Counted from the stretch's first letter, positions 26,255 through 40,940 are shown. The stretch: 64,000 nucleotides of DNA from Octopus bimaculoides (GCF_001194135.2 NC_068984.1:31632589-31696588), one strand, 5' to 3'. Translations and numbers: made by a program. Notes: generated from the letters alone by a model not told the origin.

Positions 26255-26465
26255 TTAAGGTGCTGCACGCATGATCATGAGATTGTGGTTTTGATTGCTG
26301 AACCGGATCATACGTAGTGTTCTTGAGCAAAGCATTTCATTTCACATTGCTCTTGTACATTCAACTGGCTAAAAATACTAGAGTTGCGGCTGGATGGCAT
26401 TTCGGCCAAGGAGAAACTGACATACGCCACAGAATCCAGGAAAACGGCCTAATGAGCCTATGTTA
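26255..26465 (+). mobile_element. Old tRNA-derived SINE
   Basis: catgatcatgagattgtggttttgatt..accgg..gtgttcttgagcaaagcatttcatttcacattgctc. Confidence 0.6.
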
Positions 26466-29400
26466 TGGGAAGAACATTTGATCTCCTTTTCTAAATAATA
26501 GCCATCTTTACTTTCTTCAACTGGTTAATGTGTTTGCTATGTAACAATATACTAATATCAGAATACTATTCTGCTACAACATTGCAATATTATCATCCTG
26601 CAATATCACGATTTCTTGTTCAGTATTCCTATTTAACTTTTAATACTCCATGTGTATGCAAATACTATAATGCACAAACACAAAACAACTTTCGTAGCAT
26701 AAATTTACATATTGTTTGTAAAAAATCTGATGCTGCGTTGTGGTTAACACGGTGCAAAATTTTGTTCTCTATCAATATTAGCCTATGAAGCATATGCTTG
26801 CATTGAATACATCTATTCATTTTCTTGTGTAGATGTGTGTGTGTACAGTTAAATTTCCCTTCTGCATTGGTTACTTGCGTAACATATCAACTAATACATT
26901 GTATAAAGTACAGAAATTATTTTGCACATGCCAATACGTCGTTAAAATTTAATATTCCCAATGCCTATACATTTTCAATAGAATATTGTGCATAGTTCAC
27001 ACACATGCGCACGCACCCACGCATGCACATACACACACACGTGTGTGTGTTTGTAGTTTTCTGCTTTTTGCTTTTTTTTCGGTTATTTTTAAGGCTGCAT
27101 CTCATTAAGGGACAAAATAATATTTAATTCCTTAGGTAAGTCAAAGAGAATAACTGTAAACATTACTGTTTAGAAAACTTGGGAGTTAATGCTCAATTTG
27201 TGTAAGAGATTTGTGCTTTAATAACACACGGTGTTTCGGTGCAAATATTAAATTACAGTAACTTGACATTCACTTACTTTTGCACCCAAAGACCTTTCTT
27301 TTTTTTAAATTGCTCTTATTACACACGGGTAACAGAACATATCCTTCTAAACTTGCTAAGCGCATTGTATTAGCGAGGAAATACAATTGACATGGGAGTC
27401 AACAATGGAAATGTCACCTAGTTGTTGACGCTGCTGGATGTGGCAAATAAATCATGTTCAAGATATAACCTATCATCTTAAAAAAGGGAAACACGTTAGA
27501 TAAGGTAGTCTAAGATATACAATGCATATGAGAAGAATAGGATAAACATAGCAGGAATATTTTTGATATTAGGCCTGGTCAGTCAAGTAACGCACAGAGT
27601 TAATAATTACATCATGCAATACACTTTTTGGCATTCCTGCATATTTGTTCCCAGGTCTTCTTTGAGCAGATCCAGGATGAACGGCATTCATCTGTAACTG
27701 TTCACTCTATTAAGGAAATCACTCAATATATTATTTAACGTGCTGTTCCTCTTTCAAAATTATTGTGTATGGTCTGAAAACGATACGAATGGTATCTTTG
27801 ACTTGCATAAACACAGAAGCTCCCATGTAGGCGCAAAAAATTTACAATCAACTGATAATCACCTACCTACTTGAGATCTGTAATTATGATCATTGTTTAA
27901 ATTATCCAGAGTATTAAAAAGCTTGGAGGATAAGTATGCTGGTTATGCTGTAGAGGGTATGCTTTTAAACTATTTTAATAATATGAAATACTTACGAGCA
28001 ATACCCCCATTCAGTGTCCATGCTGAGTAATTAACAATCAAGATTTGTTTGTAACATATGCTACGAGTTCATATTCATTCATGCACCATATCATACATTT
28101 AATTAGTGATTCTGTAATCTCTGCTTTTCCGACGTCTATGATTCATGGAGAAACGATATCAAAACAAAGACAAGTATGAAATTGTCTTCCTTTTTTACTG
28201 AAAGAGCTAAAATAATACTAATCGTTGAATAAGGGATTCTTTCGGTGTATAAATATTTTTAATGAGAGTTCTTTTTTGTGTTCAGTGCATTAAATCTAAC
28301 ATTATTTTGTTTTTGAATTAAGTTCGCAAGATTCCCGAGATACAACAAAACATACATATACATTCCATAGCTTGCTGAAATGGTTTCATTACGAACAGAT
28401 GACCCTATTAATCAATACGAAGTGAAGAAAGCGTTTGCTTGCTTAATGCAGAGAGCACGATAATTTTAATTAATCAAAATTATACCCTTATCAGGGAGAT
28501 GTAAACGTAGTTGAACAATCTGTAAGTCAACCGAAAAATAGCAAGCGTTACAACACAGAATCAAACAGAAAAAAAAATGAGTTAATGCGCCAAGGATCCA
28601 ATTAATTAAAAATGGGAATAGATAACAGAGGAAGGATAGTCTATCGTATTGACTCATCCAGCTGTAATATTTCAGTCAAAACTAACAAAAATAATTTACA
28701 TTAAATGCATAGTTCCTTCTAACGGAACCGGCGCATGACTATGCATATAGATAAAAATATAACAACCAAACTGGTGGTTCTACGACGCTAGTCTTTCTGG
28801 TCGTAGCTTGAATGCCTTTAGTCAGCTTGACCATACACCTCAGTAGCATATATCATAGTCTTTTATGTTAGAAACGTACTTCTGTCATTATGACCAGATA
28901 TATTACAACGTAAATCAGTTATAATAATCGTAATTTGTTAGAAGCATAATTTTACAATTTTGATAGAAACTTTTCTATTTGACATTAGTTACGATTTTAT
29001 TTAAAATGTCAATACTGATATAGATTTTTGTGAGAATTAAAAAGAATACAAATATTATTTTTTTGTAACTAGAATCAACAATAAGAATGTCATGGACCTT
29101 CTTTTCTAATATTAGCCAATCAGATTTGTCCATTTTTCTACACACTGTCATGATGTTATGGAATGCGTTAATTTTTTTATATTTCTGGATTTGAGACGCC
29201 ATGAAGTTTTTGAGATTTTCGCAATAAAAATATTTTTACTTTAGAAATTGATAATAAAAACATTACAAAACCTTTACAGATGAAAAATATTTCCTGAAAG
29301 AAAATGAAGACTTCAAATTGGCGTTTGCAATTAAACTTTGTGATACATGACAAACTGAACATCAAACTCTAAGCATAAACTGTAAAACCTAACCATAAAC

Positions 29401-31361
29401 GCTAAACCTTAAATTTAAACCTTTTACAGTAAACCCTAATATCTAACCTTAAATTAGAAACAACCATAAACCCTTACTCTAGCTCCAAGAGAGTTTCAGT
29501 TTGCTGATATGTGAACATCGTTAACGGGAAGGAATGTCGGAAATTGATTGGCTAAACTGGCAAACGGTTTGAAAGTTTAAAACTTCGTAAATGTTTTTAA
29601 TATCAATATCTCCAAAAGTTGATGGTGATTTTTTGCAATTGGCATAAAAAAATAAATCTGCTTAACAATTTTCTTTGAGATTAGAATTCATCTGTAAAAC
29701 CAAAACAATCCTCTGAATTTTTACGTTAAAAACTTCAGTCAGTACAGTATATGTTAGAAATATACTCTTGCTATCGCTATCATATGTTAGAAAAATAATT
29801 TCGTCATCGTAAACTCATGTACTTGTAACATCTACCGTCATCATGTTCAAAATATGTTTGAGCTTGCAATTTGTTTCACAGTAATACATATAATAATTGT
29901 ATATCTATCATCACATATTTCTGTCATTCTAATATAAGAGAGAAGTATTTTTCTGTCGTAAGAAGCTGATATGTAAGAAAAATACTTTCGAGGTCATAAT
30001 TTTATATGGAAGAAAAGAAGTTTAAATATGTGATAGATATATCTGAAGTTCACTTAAAGCTTATTTTCCATCACTTATTAGCGCTGCTATTACTATATTT
30101 GTTATGACCAGGCGCTATACAAGTGCAAGTCAGACGCTAATATTGATTGTCTCATTATAAAACTACGGCTTTCTAATCTACTCAGGGTTATCTCTCTTCG
30201 ATATCTCCTACTGAGAAAGGCTAGCGCCAGAAATGCGTCTAGGAGTCCGTTAAAGAGAAACACTGAGCAGATAAGATGTTTTTACACCTTTTACCATAAG
30301 CAAGAAATTTTTCTCCGCAGTAAACTACAGTGAAATTGCCTTTGGAAATGGAAAATATGTCACAAACATATTTTGAACTAAACTATATACATTAGTTATA
30401 ATCACAAATGTTCCAAATCTACTTCTGTCATAATCGTATGTCAGAAACATACATCTGTTATAATCGTAGAGCATATGTCGCAATATATACTGCAAATAAT
30501 TCGATCATCACAGTCTTGTGTGCCACATTGTATTTCTTAATTACATTTTCTTAAACAAAACCAAAAACTGCAAATGAATACAAAAATGAAAATACTGTAT
30601 ATTAAAATTTATCTGACAGAATGATGTTAATTTTACCTAAAGAAAAAAACATGAAAAATCATTCTGTCATTGGAATCTTATATGCAAACATTTTTATACA
30701 ACTCTGCATCATTATATGAATGTATGTATGTATGTATGTATGTATGTACGTATGTATGTATGTATGCTTTAAATATTTCTAAAGCAAAACAAAGCAGGTT
30801 ATGAAGAACTAATAATACAAGTCTATGGTTTGTATTATTCTGATGTATTCTAATATTCCAGGGTTAGGATCCCTTCTTTAGGAAATGTACAGAGGAAAGG
30901 TGCTGATAGCTGACCCATGAACGAGTCCTCGTCATGAAATATTAACATACCAAGTAATAGTGCTAGCCATTGACATGTGATATAATTTTTTAATAACTTG
31001 CATTGGTTTAGCTTAAAAATATTATTCAAACATTTATAGACATATCACACAGTGATTCATAAAAACTATACTATACTATATATGTATGTACGTATGTATG
31101 TATCTAACTATCTATCTCTCTATATATACATATATGTGTATATGTATGTATATGTATGTATGTATATGTATGTATATATGTGTGTGTGTGCATATATATG
31201 TTTATGTTTGTATGGTTGTAAGTATGTATATATATGTATGAAATGAAACTAATTAGCTAAGAGGACCTATATTTGAACGACAAACATATGTAAGGATTTC
31301 TGCGTGCATATGTGTGTATGTGCATGTGTGTGTGTGTGTTTGTGTGTGCGTGTGTGTGTGC

Positions 31362-31410
<49 letters not shown>

Positions 31411-31422
31411 CATGCGTTTGTG

Positions 31423-32414
31423 TGCTGTTGGCCAAAAGGTTTTTTCAGTTTTAAAAAATTCTCTTAATGATACGGGTACGTTTCGTTTCAGTGTCCTCTG
31501 CTATCTTGTGGTCAGATACATTATTCCTTGTTCGAGGAATTTCCTGTATTCACTGATGAATATCTCTCTCAAGCAAGTTTTTACTTCATTTTCAGAGTCG
31601 AAGATCTGTCCATTCAATGAATTTTGAAGAGACCGAAACAGGTGTAAATCTTAAGATGCAGTGTCAGGCAAAAAGGGAGGGTGTGGTAAAACATCGCAAC
31701 CAAGTCGCAGTAACCTTTGTTGGATCTGCAAAGAAGTATGCAGTCTGGCATTGTCGTATTGCAAGACAATGTCCTTACGGTTAGGAAGTGTTGGACGCCT
31801 CTGATGGATCGCAACGTTTAATATGTCTAGTTGGCCACAATCACATTTTGTCCGATATGATGGGCCTGTCTTTGAGAAGAAGCTCGAAAAATCAACGTTC
31901 TTCCAATCTCAACAAACTGAAAGCATAATCTTCTTCATCGAGCTTGCTGACGTACCCAAGCTGTAGAAGGTGTTTTTCAGTACGCGATTTGGATACTGGA
32001 GGAACACATCGGTTATACTACGGGTTTTATAACAGGGTTTAGTATGGACTAGCTCCTTCATTTTGTCGTGATTAATCTCAGTTGACTGGCTAGAGGAAGG
32101 TGCAACTTGAACTGAAATGTTTCCTAATCGGAATCTTTAAAACTACTTCTGGCACACACATCCCTTAAAGGCTACCTCTCCATACACAGCATATATGTTT
32201 CTGCATGTTTCTGCCGCTTTCTTGCCTTTTTTAAATAGAAAAAATTCATGTGATTTCGATAATGTTCGTTTTGGTTCTCCAATGTCAGGGTGATCACAAG
32301 CACACAAAATACAACCTGTTTCAACTCAATTGTCAATAATCTAACGTTGAAGTGTCAAGTATCCAACGAGTGCGCATGCGCAAGTAGATCGAGCGGTCGT
32401 TTTGGCCAGCCTAG
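31423..32414 (-). mobile_element. Decayed mariner transposon
   Basis: Minus-strand pieces FLFKKGKKAAETCRNIYAVYGE and IVLQYDNARLHT..LGCDVLPHPPFLPDTAS*DLHLFRSLQNSLNG; degenerate TIRs share GG(T/C)TGGCCAAAA; TA at 32415-32416. Confidence 0.85.
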
Positions 32415-32699
32415 TATATATTTTCTTTAGATCGAATTTTTTACTTCTTGGCACGAAATTTCTCTTTCGGATCTGCATTAGAACAGATTCTGTTTACTGT
32501 CTATGGCTATCGTTTTTATTGGTTAGTTTCTAATGTTATTTTCTTAAGGCATTGTCTATGGCTGTTATTCTGTTTGCCAATCATTTGGTTGTTCTACTTT
32601 CATTGATCCAATTTTTTTATTGTTATTTCTTTTTATATATCCTGTTTTTCTTAACTTGAATTTTTCTGATATTTTCCGCGTATTGCCTTCTGTTGCCCA

Positions 32700-33110
32700 A
32701 TGAAGTAGTTCTTCTAGGACATGACACAACCTATCAAAAGAAGATGCATTTACACAATCGACATTTTTGAGTGGAGCGACATTTAAAATAGTCAACGGAT
32801 AAAATATACAAACAATTCTAGACACAGAAAAATATGAGAAACATAGGACAAAGAACGGGAAGTACACTACTGCAGAATAAACTACAAAAATTATTAAAAC
32901 AAGGGACGACAACATCATACCAAGTCTTAATAAGATAACAACAGAGACCGCTAAGGAAAACGAACCTACGCCTGAATATATTGAACCAACCCTAGTATCG
33001 AACAAAGACAGCACATCGGTTTAAAACTCAAGTCATGAGAAAAAGAATTCGGTTTAAATAAACAACCTAATGTAGACTGCGTATTAAGTAAGCTTCCAGT
33101 TAAGTTGAAA
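32700..33110 (+). mobile_element. Possible PLE RT N-terminal fragment
   Basis: IQTILDTEKYEK..TTAE*TTKIIKTRDDNII resembles the M..ILSD..KY..L..DPT region of PLE RTs; weak. Confidence 0.35.
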
Positions 33111-33297
33111 AAGTGTAAAATTTAAATATATATCAACACAAGTATATACATTTATGTGTTTATATATATATATATACATTTATGTGTTTTTATATNNNNN
33201 NNNNNNNNNNNNNNNNNNNNNNNNNNNNNNNNNNNNNNNNNNNNNNNNNNNNNNNNNNNNNNNNNNNNNNNNNNNNNNNNNNNNNNNNNNNTATATA

Positions 33298-33333
<36 letters not shown>

Positions 33334-34509
33334 TGTATGTATGTATGTATGTGCCCAAATGCATATTTATACGTTTATAATATAGCAAAGCATTTGAACG
33401 TGAATATGTGTGTGCGAGTGTATATGTGACGTATGTGATGTAAATGTCTGCGTGTGTGTTTCTATGTGCGTGTGAGTGTACGCGTGTGTGTGCTCGCGCG
33501 TGTGTGTGTGCTCGCGCGTGTGCGTGTATGTAGCTGAAGCATTATTACTTAGATACATATATAAGTATGTAGATGTGTGAGAGCAGAAGCAAGTAGTTGA
33601 GGAATGAGATAAAGAAATCAAATCAGTTTTATCTGTATCACGCAACACACAGATTGCTTTGTCTTCTCTTGATAGTCCTAGAATTTGGATTGTGAAATTG
33701 ATGAAGTTAATAGCAGAGCTTAATGTAGATTCCTCATGGAAAATACTGATCTTCTTGAAATTAGGGTACGCTTTATACACGCTATACCTAATGTGTTGAA
33801 CAAAATACAGATCGTATCTCTCTTTTTCTAAATATACACACACAAATTACTATGCGTGCTTATCTATGAGTATAATCGCACACACACACTCACACGTTTA
33901 TATGTATATATACACACACACATTTATATAAATGGAGAGAGAGGGCGAGGGGGGAAGAAATGATAAAGCTACATATAATGTATATAGCATGTGTGTGTTC
34001 GTTTAGGTTTCTGCGTGTCAAACGAGTCAAATTTCTAGCATAAATAACGGTGGATTGCTAAAATGTTTATTTTCTATGAAAGCAGAGAAAATTTGAGTGT
34101 TAATATATGCCTGTGTGTATAAAAAAGTATCTTTGCATATATGTCTCCAGCACCATACCCTTGTACTGCTTTACTTCTGACCTTGTAGCAGTGCAGCCTC
34201 CCCTTCCTTTCATCATTCCCTAACCTATGATCGTAACAATTACACTATGTGTGGTTGCTTGATATATTGTACCTGTCTACGTTCCTGTTTTGCCTCACCC
34301 TGTTAACTTAGTGTCTGCTATTGTGGTTGCTTGAAGAATATATGGAGTATCTTGGGGAACTTTAAATCTGTCGGAGCCGACTTTTCTCCGGGTTTGGAGT
34401 TTTGGGAAGAGAGAGAGAGAGAGAGAGAGGTGGGGGTGAGAGACAGTCAGACTGACAAACAGACAGAGATACAAAGACAAGGAATGAAAAAAACTAAAAG
34501 AGAAAACTG

Positions 34510-34655
34510 AAGCAGTATTTCACTGGTACGCTCTGGACCCTGAAAGAAATGTAGGTAAAAATTATACTTAGCTGGATTTGGAGTACAAAGAGCCAAAACG
34601 AATGCTGTAAAGCATGTTATCGGATGCTCTGAAGAGTCTATTAATTTTCTGCCTT
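34510..34655 (-). mobile_element. Highly degraded SINE (family B)
   Basis: Reverse complement loosely matches the head of 37164-37390. Confidence 0.45.
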
Positions 34656-35559
34656 CATAGACACATACACACTTAGAGAGAGAAAGAGAGGAAGAGAAGG
34701 AGAGAGAGAGTAGAGGAGAGAGGAAGACATATTATAAGGACCAGTATGTAACAGAAAATCAACAGGTCATCGGAGAGTGCTCGGTGCTCATATTTATCGT
34801 ATTTTGGTTCATAACTTTCCGCGACACAACGACTACAGACTCTGTCTTTTTTTCTCTCTTTCTCTGTCTTTCTCTAGTTCTGTCGTTCTCTATGAATTAG
34901 ATTTTAAATGTTTTATTGTCATACAATATTTCTTCTTCCACAATAAATATTACGTTTATCTCAAATATAAATCATAGCTCACTTAGACTCCAGCAGATAA
35001 ACAACGTCAAACATAATCAAGTATCCCATTTCGATTTAATGTCCATGATAAAAATTAAATCCAAGAATATCAAAAATTATAAATTATCGACTGAGACGTA
35101 AGTATAAATGATGTAAGATATGCAGAAATTTAAAAGGAAAGCCTGTAGGCATAACAACGATAATGGATTATATATAAAATTTAGCTTTTATTTACTTCAT
35201 AACAGAAAACATGGATCTTTTATTTGGTTACTGAGATAATGCATTGATAATTGCATGCTACATGGTTTGTGAATATAACTTCGAACATAATTCAGCATGG
35301 AATATTGTCTCTATTTACAAGATAGTGAAAGCCTATTTTACATAAGTCTATATGTTAGAATGCACGTAGTTATTTATCTATTTCATTATTAGCACTTGGC
35401 AATGTTTTGCCACATTTCAATTTGCAATTTATGCTACGGGAAGCAACTTAATTTTGCATTTGGTACTCCCACATAGAGACATTAATGAACGCTTCTTCTT
35501 TTATGTTTTGATGTACTATTGATGCAAGTATTAGGTTACGAATGTCTTAAGTTCCTCAT

Positions 35560-36960
35560 CGTAGAATTACTGCAGATAACGGCTACAAGATTGAGACTAG
35601 CGCGTGTATTTTTAAATAACCAACATTTAGTGCAAACTTTGTGAGATTAAGCACAAGGTTCAGAAGAGTTAGCAGCTCGGAATAAGCAAAAAAAATTGCA
35701 TAAAAGTTCCCTGCTGATCGAGATGATTAGATATTAACTCAGCAATTGGTAATCATAAATTGGCTGAAGAAAGTCTACTGCTTACCATGTATTGGTGAAA
35801 CACTTCTTAATATTGACTTGGAAAGAATTGAATTGCGAGCCAAACAGTCGAGAGAATTGTACTGGTGAAAACTACTGGATATGATAAAATCAAATTTGCT
35901 TTAGTCTTTTTACCTGTAGATCATGTGCAATTAAATAAATCCGCTTCTTGATTTTAAGAGTAAAAAAATACCAAAAAAGTAGTTCGGAAAGGAATTGCTG
36001 CACATATTCAATGAATGACAAATGATTTTAAAATGAATAATCAAATTTGGGAATTTAAACCTGAATGAAAGAAAAGTGTGTTCATCTGGAATGAGTTTTA
36101 GTTCACATGTAAGAAAGAGTAATATTCCTAATGTCCGATCACTGAGTGTTAATTCCTGGCAGATTAATAAATGTTTTGTTTTCATTAAATGTTCGTATCA
36201 ATATGCTATTTAAGAACATAAGAAGTAGTTGATACTACGCACAGTGGATTAAGCAATTGCTTAGGGAGCTAAGATCTGAAGGCAACACACAAATCTAGAC
36301 AACATTCATTAATCCAACAAAAATCCCGAAACCGTATTAGAAAGGAGAATAGCCAAGATCAATACTGGAAGAATGGGGTGGGTTGTAGGGGAGAGAAGAG
36401 AGTCATGCAATGTTATAACCTTTCACATGATTCGGTATAAAACTTTATAAACGTTTTGTCAGGAAAGACATTTACTTGGTAGTATGTATTATCAGAAAAA
36501 CTATATATTTCTATTTTCTAGTCAGAATATATCAGTGTAAAATAGATTTCTTGTTCGAAAGTTAATTATCACTTTTCGATTGCATATTTCTGCTGGCGTA
36601 AAGATAGTGATAACTGGACAAAAAAAAAAGAAAAAAACTACGTGCATATTGTATGGCTGGAAGAAGGGTGCTTACATGGAGAATGAGGTGAAATAAGTGG
36701 ATGCGTGATGGAGAAAACTCTTACATGAAAGAAGGCAATATGCGGGCTCCATCACTACCGCTGATCTTTGAACGGATCTTTAATTCATGGAAGGAAATAA
36801 ATCATTCAAGAAATGATGAATTTCAATTACATCGGATCGTACAGAAGTCGAATATCTGAGGAATGAAGAAAAGGCAGTAAATGATGTTCAGCTTATAATT
36901 AAGGGCAGCGATGACGAAGAAGATACATACAATTATATCGTTCATCCTTAAGATTATAAT
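35560..36960 (+). mobile_element. Decayed pogo/Tigger-type (POGK-like) transposase remnant
   Basis: KIA*KFPADRDD (cf. KIAQKLP.D); ERIVLVKTTGYDKIKFALVF (cf. K.V.IKTTGHEK.RFTVVL); NKWMRDGENSYMKEGNMRAPSLPLIFERIFNSWKEI (cf. pogo C-terminus). Confidence 0.6.
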
Positions 36961-37163
36961 GGTTTATTCAGTTCTGAAGATGAACAGTGTGATTTTACTG
37001 TATTTTAATGAAGTATTTGATTTGAAATATATAAAATTTACCATTTGGTTATAATTTAAAGCCATATTTAATTTCCCTTTTACTTTTGTATGTATAAATA
37101 AATCTTATAAAATCTTTTCCCTTCATTTTATTTATTATTTTCTTTTCAATATTTATAACCTTA

Positions 37164-37590
37164 GGCGGCGAGCTGTTAGAAACGTTAGCACGCCGGGAGA
37201 AATGCTTAGTGGTATTTCGTCTGCCGCTACGTTCTGAGTTCAAATTCCGCCGAGGTCGACTTTGTCTTTCATCCTTTTGGGGTCGATAAATTAAGTGCCA
37301 GTTACGCACTGGGGTCGATGTAATCAACTTAATCCCTTTGTCTGTCCTTGTTTGTCCCTTCTGTTTAGCCCCTTGTGGGCAATAAAGAAATAAGAAACGT
37401 TAGAATGCCGGGGGAAATACTTAGCGGTATTTCGTCTGTCTTTACATTCTGAGTTCAAATTCCGCCGAAGTCGATTTTGCCTTTCATCCTTTCGGGGTTG
37501 ATAAACTAAGTACCAGTTGCGTACTGAGGTCGATCTAATTGAATGGCCCCCTCCCCCAAAATTTCGAGCTTTGTGCCTAGAGTAGAAAAG
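37164..37590 (+). mobile_element. Dimeric SINE (family B) with 16-bp TSD
   Basis: Two tandem units (37164-~37392, ~37393-37590), each with B box gagttcaaattccgcc; AATATTTATAACCTTA at 37148-37163 and 37591-37606. Confidence 0.9.
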
Positions 37591-38321
37591 AATATTTATA
37601 ACCTTAAATTGCAATGGATAATCAAATTGTAATTAAATAGGCAGCACTAACATAAAAAATACTTTGGTGAATACAATTTTGACGAAGGGAGTCGATATGG
37701 TATCACGTATGCAAGTCAAACAGAAAGTGTAGATATTCATAACAGCTACATGATCATATTTTCTGAGTAGTGCATGTTTTGGTGTGTATTTTGGATTAAT
37801 TATTGAAATTATTGGTATTATTACAGTAAATAATTGTTATTTTGTTACGGTAAATAGCTGTTATTTTCATTTATTCATTTACAGGTTCGTTTGGAGTTCG
37901 CTTACTTATAAAACTTTGCTTTGGAATGTACCTTAAATTTCAGTCTTTACATAGTACTACCCGGGTAATTGTCAAACCTTGAAATTTAAAGAATTAAAAA
38001 GCTGGTCATATTAGTTAAGAGAGTGAAATTTATGAAGAGATAAAGCGAATAATTTTGTATCTACTTTTTAAAAATCACAAGTTATTTTTAATTTTCTAAA
38101 AATTCTGTGGATTTCACCGTTCGTGCGCCAAGTCTTATGTGCGTGGATGCACTCGGTATTTTTGGTTTCGATTTTAAAACTTCATTGAGATAAAGGAAAA
38201 GAGCTAGTAGAAACAGAGTTTGAGTGACATCTTTTTAGTATTTAGTTCTTTAGCTTGATTTAGCTATCATGGCTAAGGCCATGTTAGAGAACCGACTTCG
38301 TATATATCTATCATATTTATA

Positions 38322-39486
38322 TTGGGTTGGCAACTAAGTTCCTGCGTCTTTTTAAATTTTGGAATTTATTGCGTTTTTAAATTTTGGAATCTTTTTTTTC
38401 GAGAATACTATTTTAGAATCATTTTGGAATGTTTTTTTTTTTTCTAGTTAATTTTAGTTAATTTTTGTTTATTTTCAGATCATTAAAATGAAATGTCAAG
38501 TTAAGAAAAACGAGCATTTTCGACACTTACCTTTTGCTTATAATCAAGGTTCTAAGGCCGCAAAAGCTGCTCGTGACATTTCTGCTGTGTATGGAGAGGG
38601 TGCCATAGCTGAAAGAACCGCTCGTGATTGGTATGGTAAGTTCAAAAATGGAAATTTTGACCTCAAAGACGCACCTCGTTCTGGCCGTCCAGTTGAATTC
38701 GATGAAGAGCTATTAAACCTACTTTTGCACAAAAATTCTCATCAAACGACAAGGGAATTGGCAGAGAAAATAGAATGCTCCCACAATGTTATAGAGAAGC
38801 ATCTTCACTCTGTGGGAAAGGTTCAGAAGTATGGAGCGTGGGTTCAGCATGTTTTAGGTGACAACAACAAAAATCAACAAGCCACAATCTCCGCTGGTGT
38901 GCTTGCTCGTCACCGCTCAACTCATGGACACAAGCAACGATTTCTTTACCGAATTGTTACTGGCGACGAAAAATAGTGCTTGTACATCACCATGAAGCAG
39001 CGTTGGGAATGGCTTAACCCCGATAAACAAGTGACACCACGCGTGAAACAAGATCTTCATCCGCGTAAAACGACATTGTGAGTATGGTGGGGCTGGGAAG
39101 GGATTATCCATTACGAATTGCTTGAACAGAACCAAACGGTCAACGCGGAACTCTATGTTCAACAGATGGAACGACTCAACACGGCTATTCAAGAGAAAAG
39201 ACCGAACTCTCCTGATTTGGCACCAACGGATTTCCACCTCCTTCGATCTCTTTCAAATACTATGCGCGGAGTTTCGTTCAATACTGATGCAAAATTGAGA
39301 GCTTGGTTGGATCAATTTTTCGAGTGATTTCTACCAACGGGGTATTGAAAATCTTGTTGAACGTTGGGAAGGAGTTGTAAACAACAAGGGTGAATACACT
39401 ATTGATGAATTAGTTGTTTTTTTTATTAAACCTTTTACAAAATTTGAATTAAAAAAAAAGACATGAGAACTTAGTTGCCAACCTAA
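38322..39486 (+). mobile_element. Mariner transposon with both TIRs and TA duplication (mellifera-like TIR)
   Basis: TA|TTGGGTTGGCAACTAAGTT... and ...AACTTAGTTGCCAACCTAA|TA. Confidence 0.95.
38488..39410 (+). pseudogene. Mariner DD34D transposase pseudogene
   Basis: HTH region RSGRP; WVQH (cf. WVPH); IVTGDEK then TAG at 38974; internal deletion near 39204 removes the HDNARPH second Asp; SPDLAPTDFHL is retained; frameshift near 39325. Confidence 0.93.
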
Positions 39487-40940
39487 TAGTTTTCTATTGT
39501 TGTTTAATCTTAGGTTAGATTTGATTAAACAGACATATTAATAAAATGCATTCCAACAGTTATGATCTCGTTTTGTTCTTCAGACAAATTTTCTAACATA
39601 ACATTATCAATTATGTCACATTTTAAAAGGCGTGCGATTGTGAGTTTGAAGAGAGTTGGATGCTCTTCGTAGCTGGTTCAACAATCACAAAGAAAATTTC
39701 TCATAGCGCCAGTCCCATCATTTTCTTTTCATGTCTTCAATTGACGATCCTTTAGTTATAGTTGAAAATATTCTAGTCAACTTCATAGAAAAAAAGACTA
39801 TTAGTGTTATTACAGTTAAACACGTGTTACTGTAATCGCACACCGATAGTAAATTTTTATTTAATAATCTTTCAAAAGCTACATTAGGCCTGATATTGAT
39901 CAAGGTTTATTCTAGCCCTGTTAGCATTCATTTTCAGGAGTTAAAACAAATTACGAAACAGTTAAGCCTTTATATCATAACTGATGAATGATTCATTTAT
40001 TTTTACAAAATGTAAGTCACTACACTTCACATTACATTGTGGTACGTTTAAATTCACTCGTACGTTATTTTATGAGAGTTGTGATTAAATATTTTATGCT
40101 GTGAAAGGTAAATATTTACGCTTTTAATGCTTATGCAATATATTAATACAGAAAAAATAAACAGATTTGAATAAAAGACTTATTTGCAAAATTCCTTCGA
40201 AGCTTCAATCCAAGTAATTTCATGCTTTCAAAATCTCGGGTGACACAGGGTATCTATATTTCGCTTTAAATTGCTCTTTCACTGATAGAAAACCTATTTG
40301 AAAGTATCTCTATTACTATATTAAGTTATCTTCTTAAATTGTTTGTACTTTTTTTAGTTCAAGAAGCTATATAGCATACATGCACACCGGCTCAGAACAG
40401 TTTAAAGTAATGCAAATCTGAGGTCGGGATGCAGATATTCTCAAACGGTTTAGATATCACTGCACAATATTCTATATTACTGAATACATTTTTAAAAGAT
40501 TTATTTTTTCTGTTTGATAATCTGCAACTATACTGGCTTCTTCAACTTCCACTCGGGAATAACTTGGTCAATTTTACCTAATAAAGTAAATAAGCATGAA
40601 ATGAGAAATGATGAAAATGTTCGTTTTGTTCATAAGGACATTTCGTACGTAAAATGGTCACACTAGCCTCACAAAATAGTCAGCACCTGTCTAGATTTAT
40701 GATACAACAGACTATTTGCAAGTAAAACTGTATGGTACAACTTAATGCAGTCTTTCAAGTGAAAGAGTAGAAGCTGTTTTGATAAAAAGAACTGATGAAC
40801 CAAGGCATAACATTTCAAACTGTAGATATAAAATTCTGAAATTAATAGTGAATTAGAGGAATTTTAGTTGTTGCTGTTGTTCAGTACCAGTACTTGATAT
40901 AATGCTCTTAGCTTAGTTTTTCCTTGGGGCTGGCCAGATT

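Noticed and set aside
35764-35810. CTGAAGA...ACCA/TGGT-GAAA
   Set aside because: A 12-nt unpaired gap after the core and no stem I/III; lies within the pogo remnant.
39650-39706. Peptide RELDALRSWFNNHKENFS, reminiscent of TALE/Six homeodomain helix 1
   Set aside because: Bounded by stops on both sides, no good splice sites and no downstream helix 3; chance similarity.
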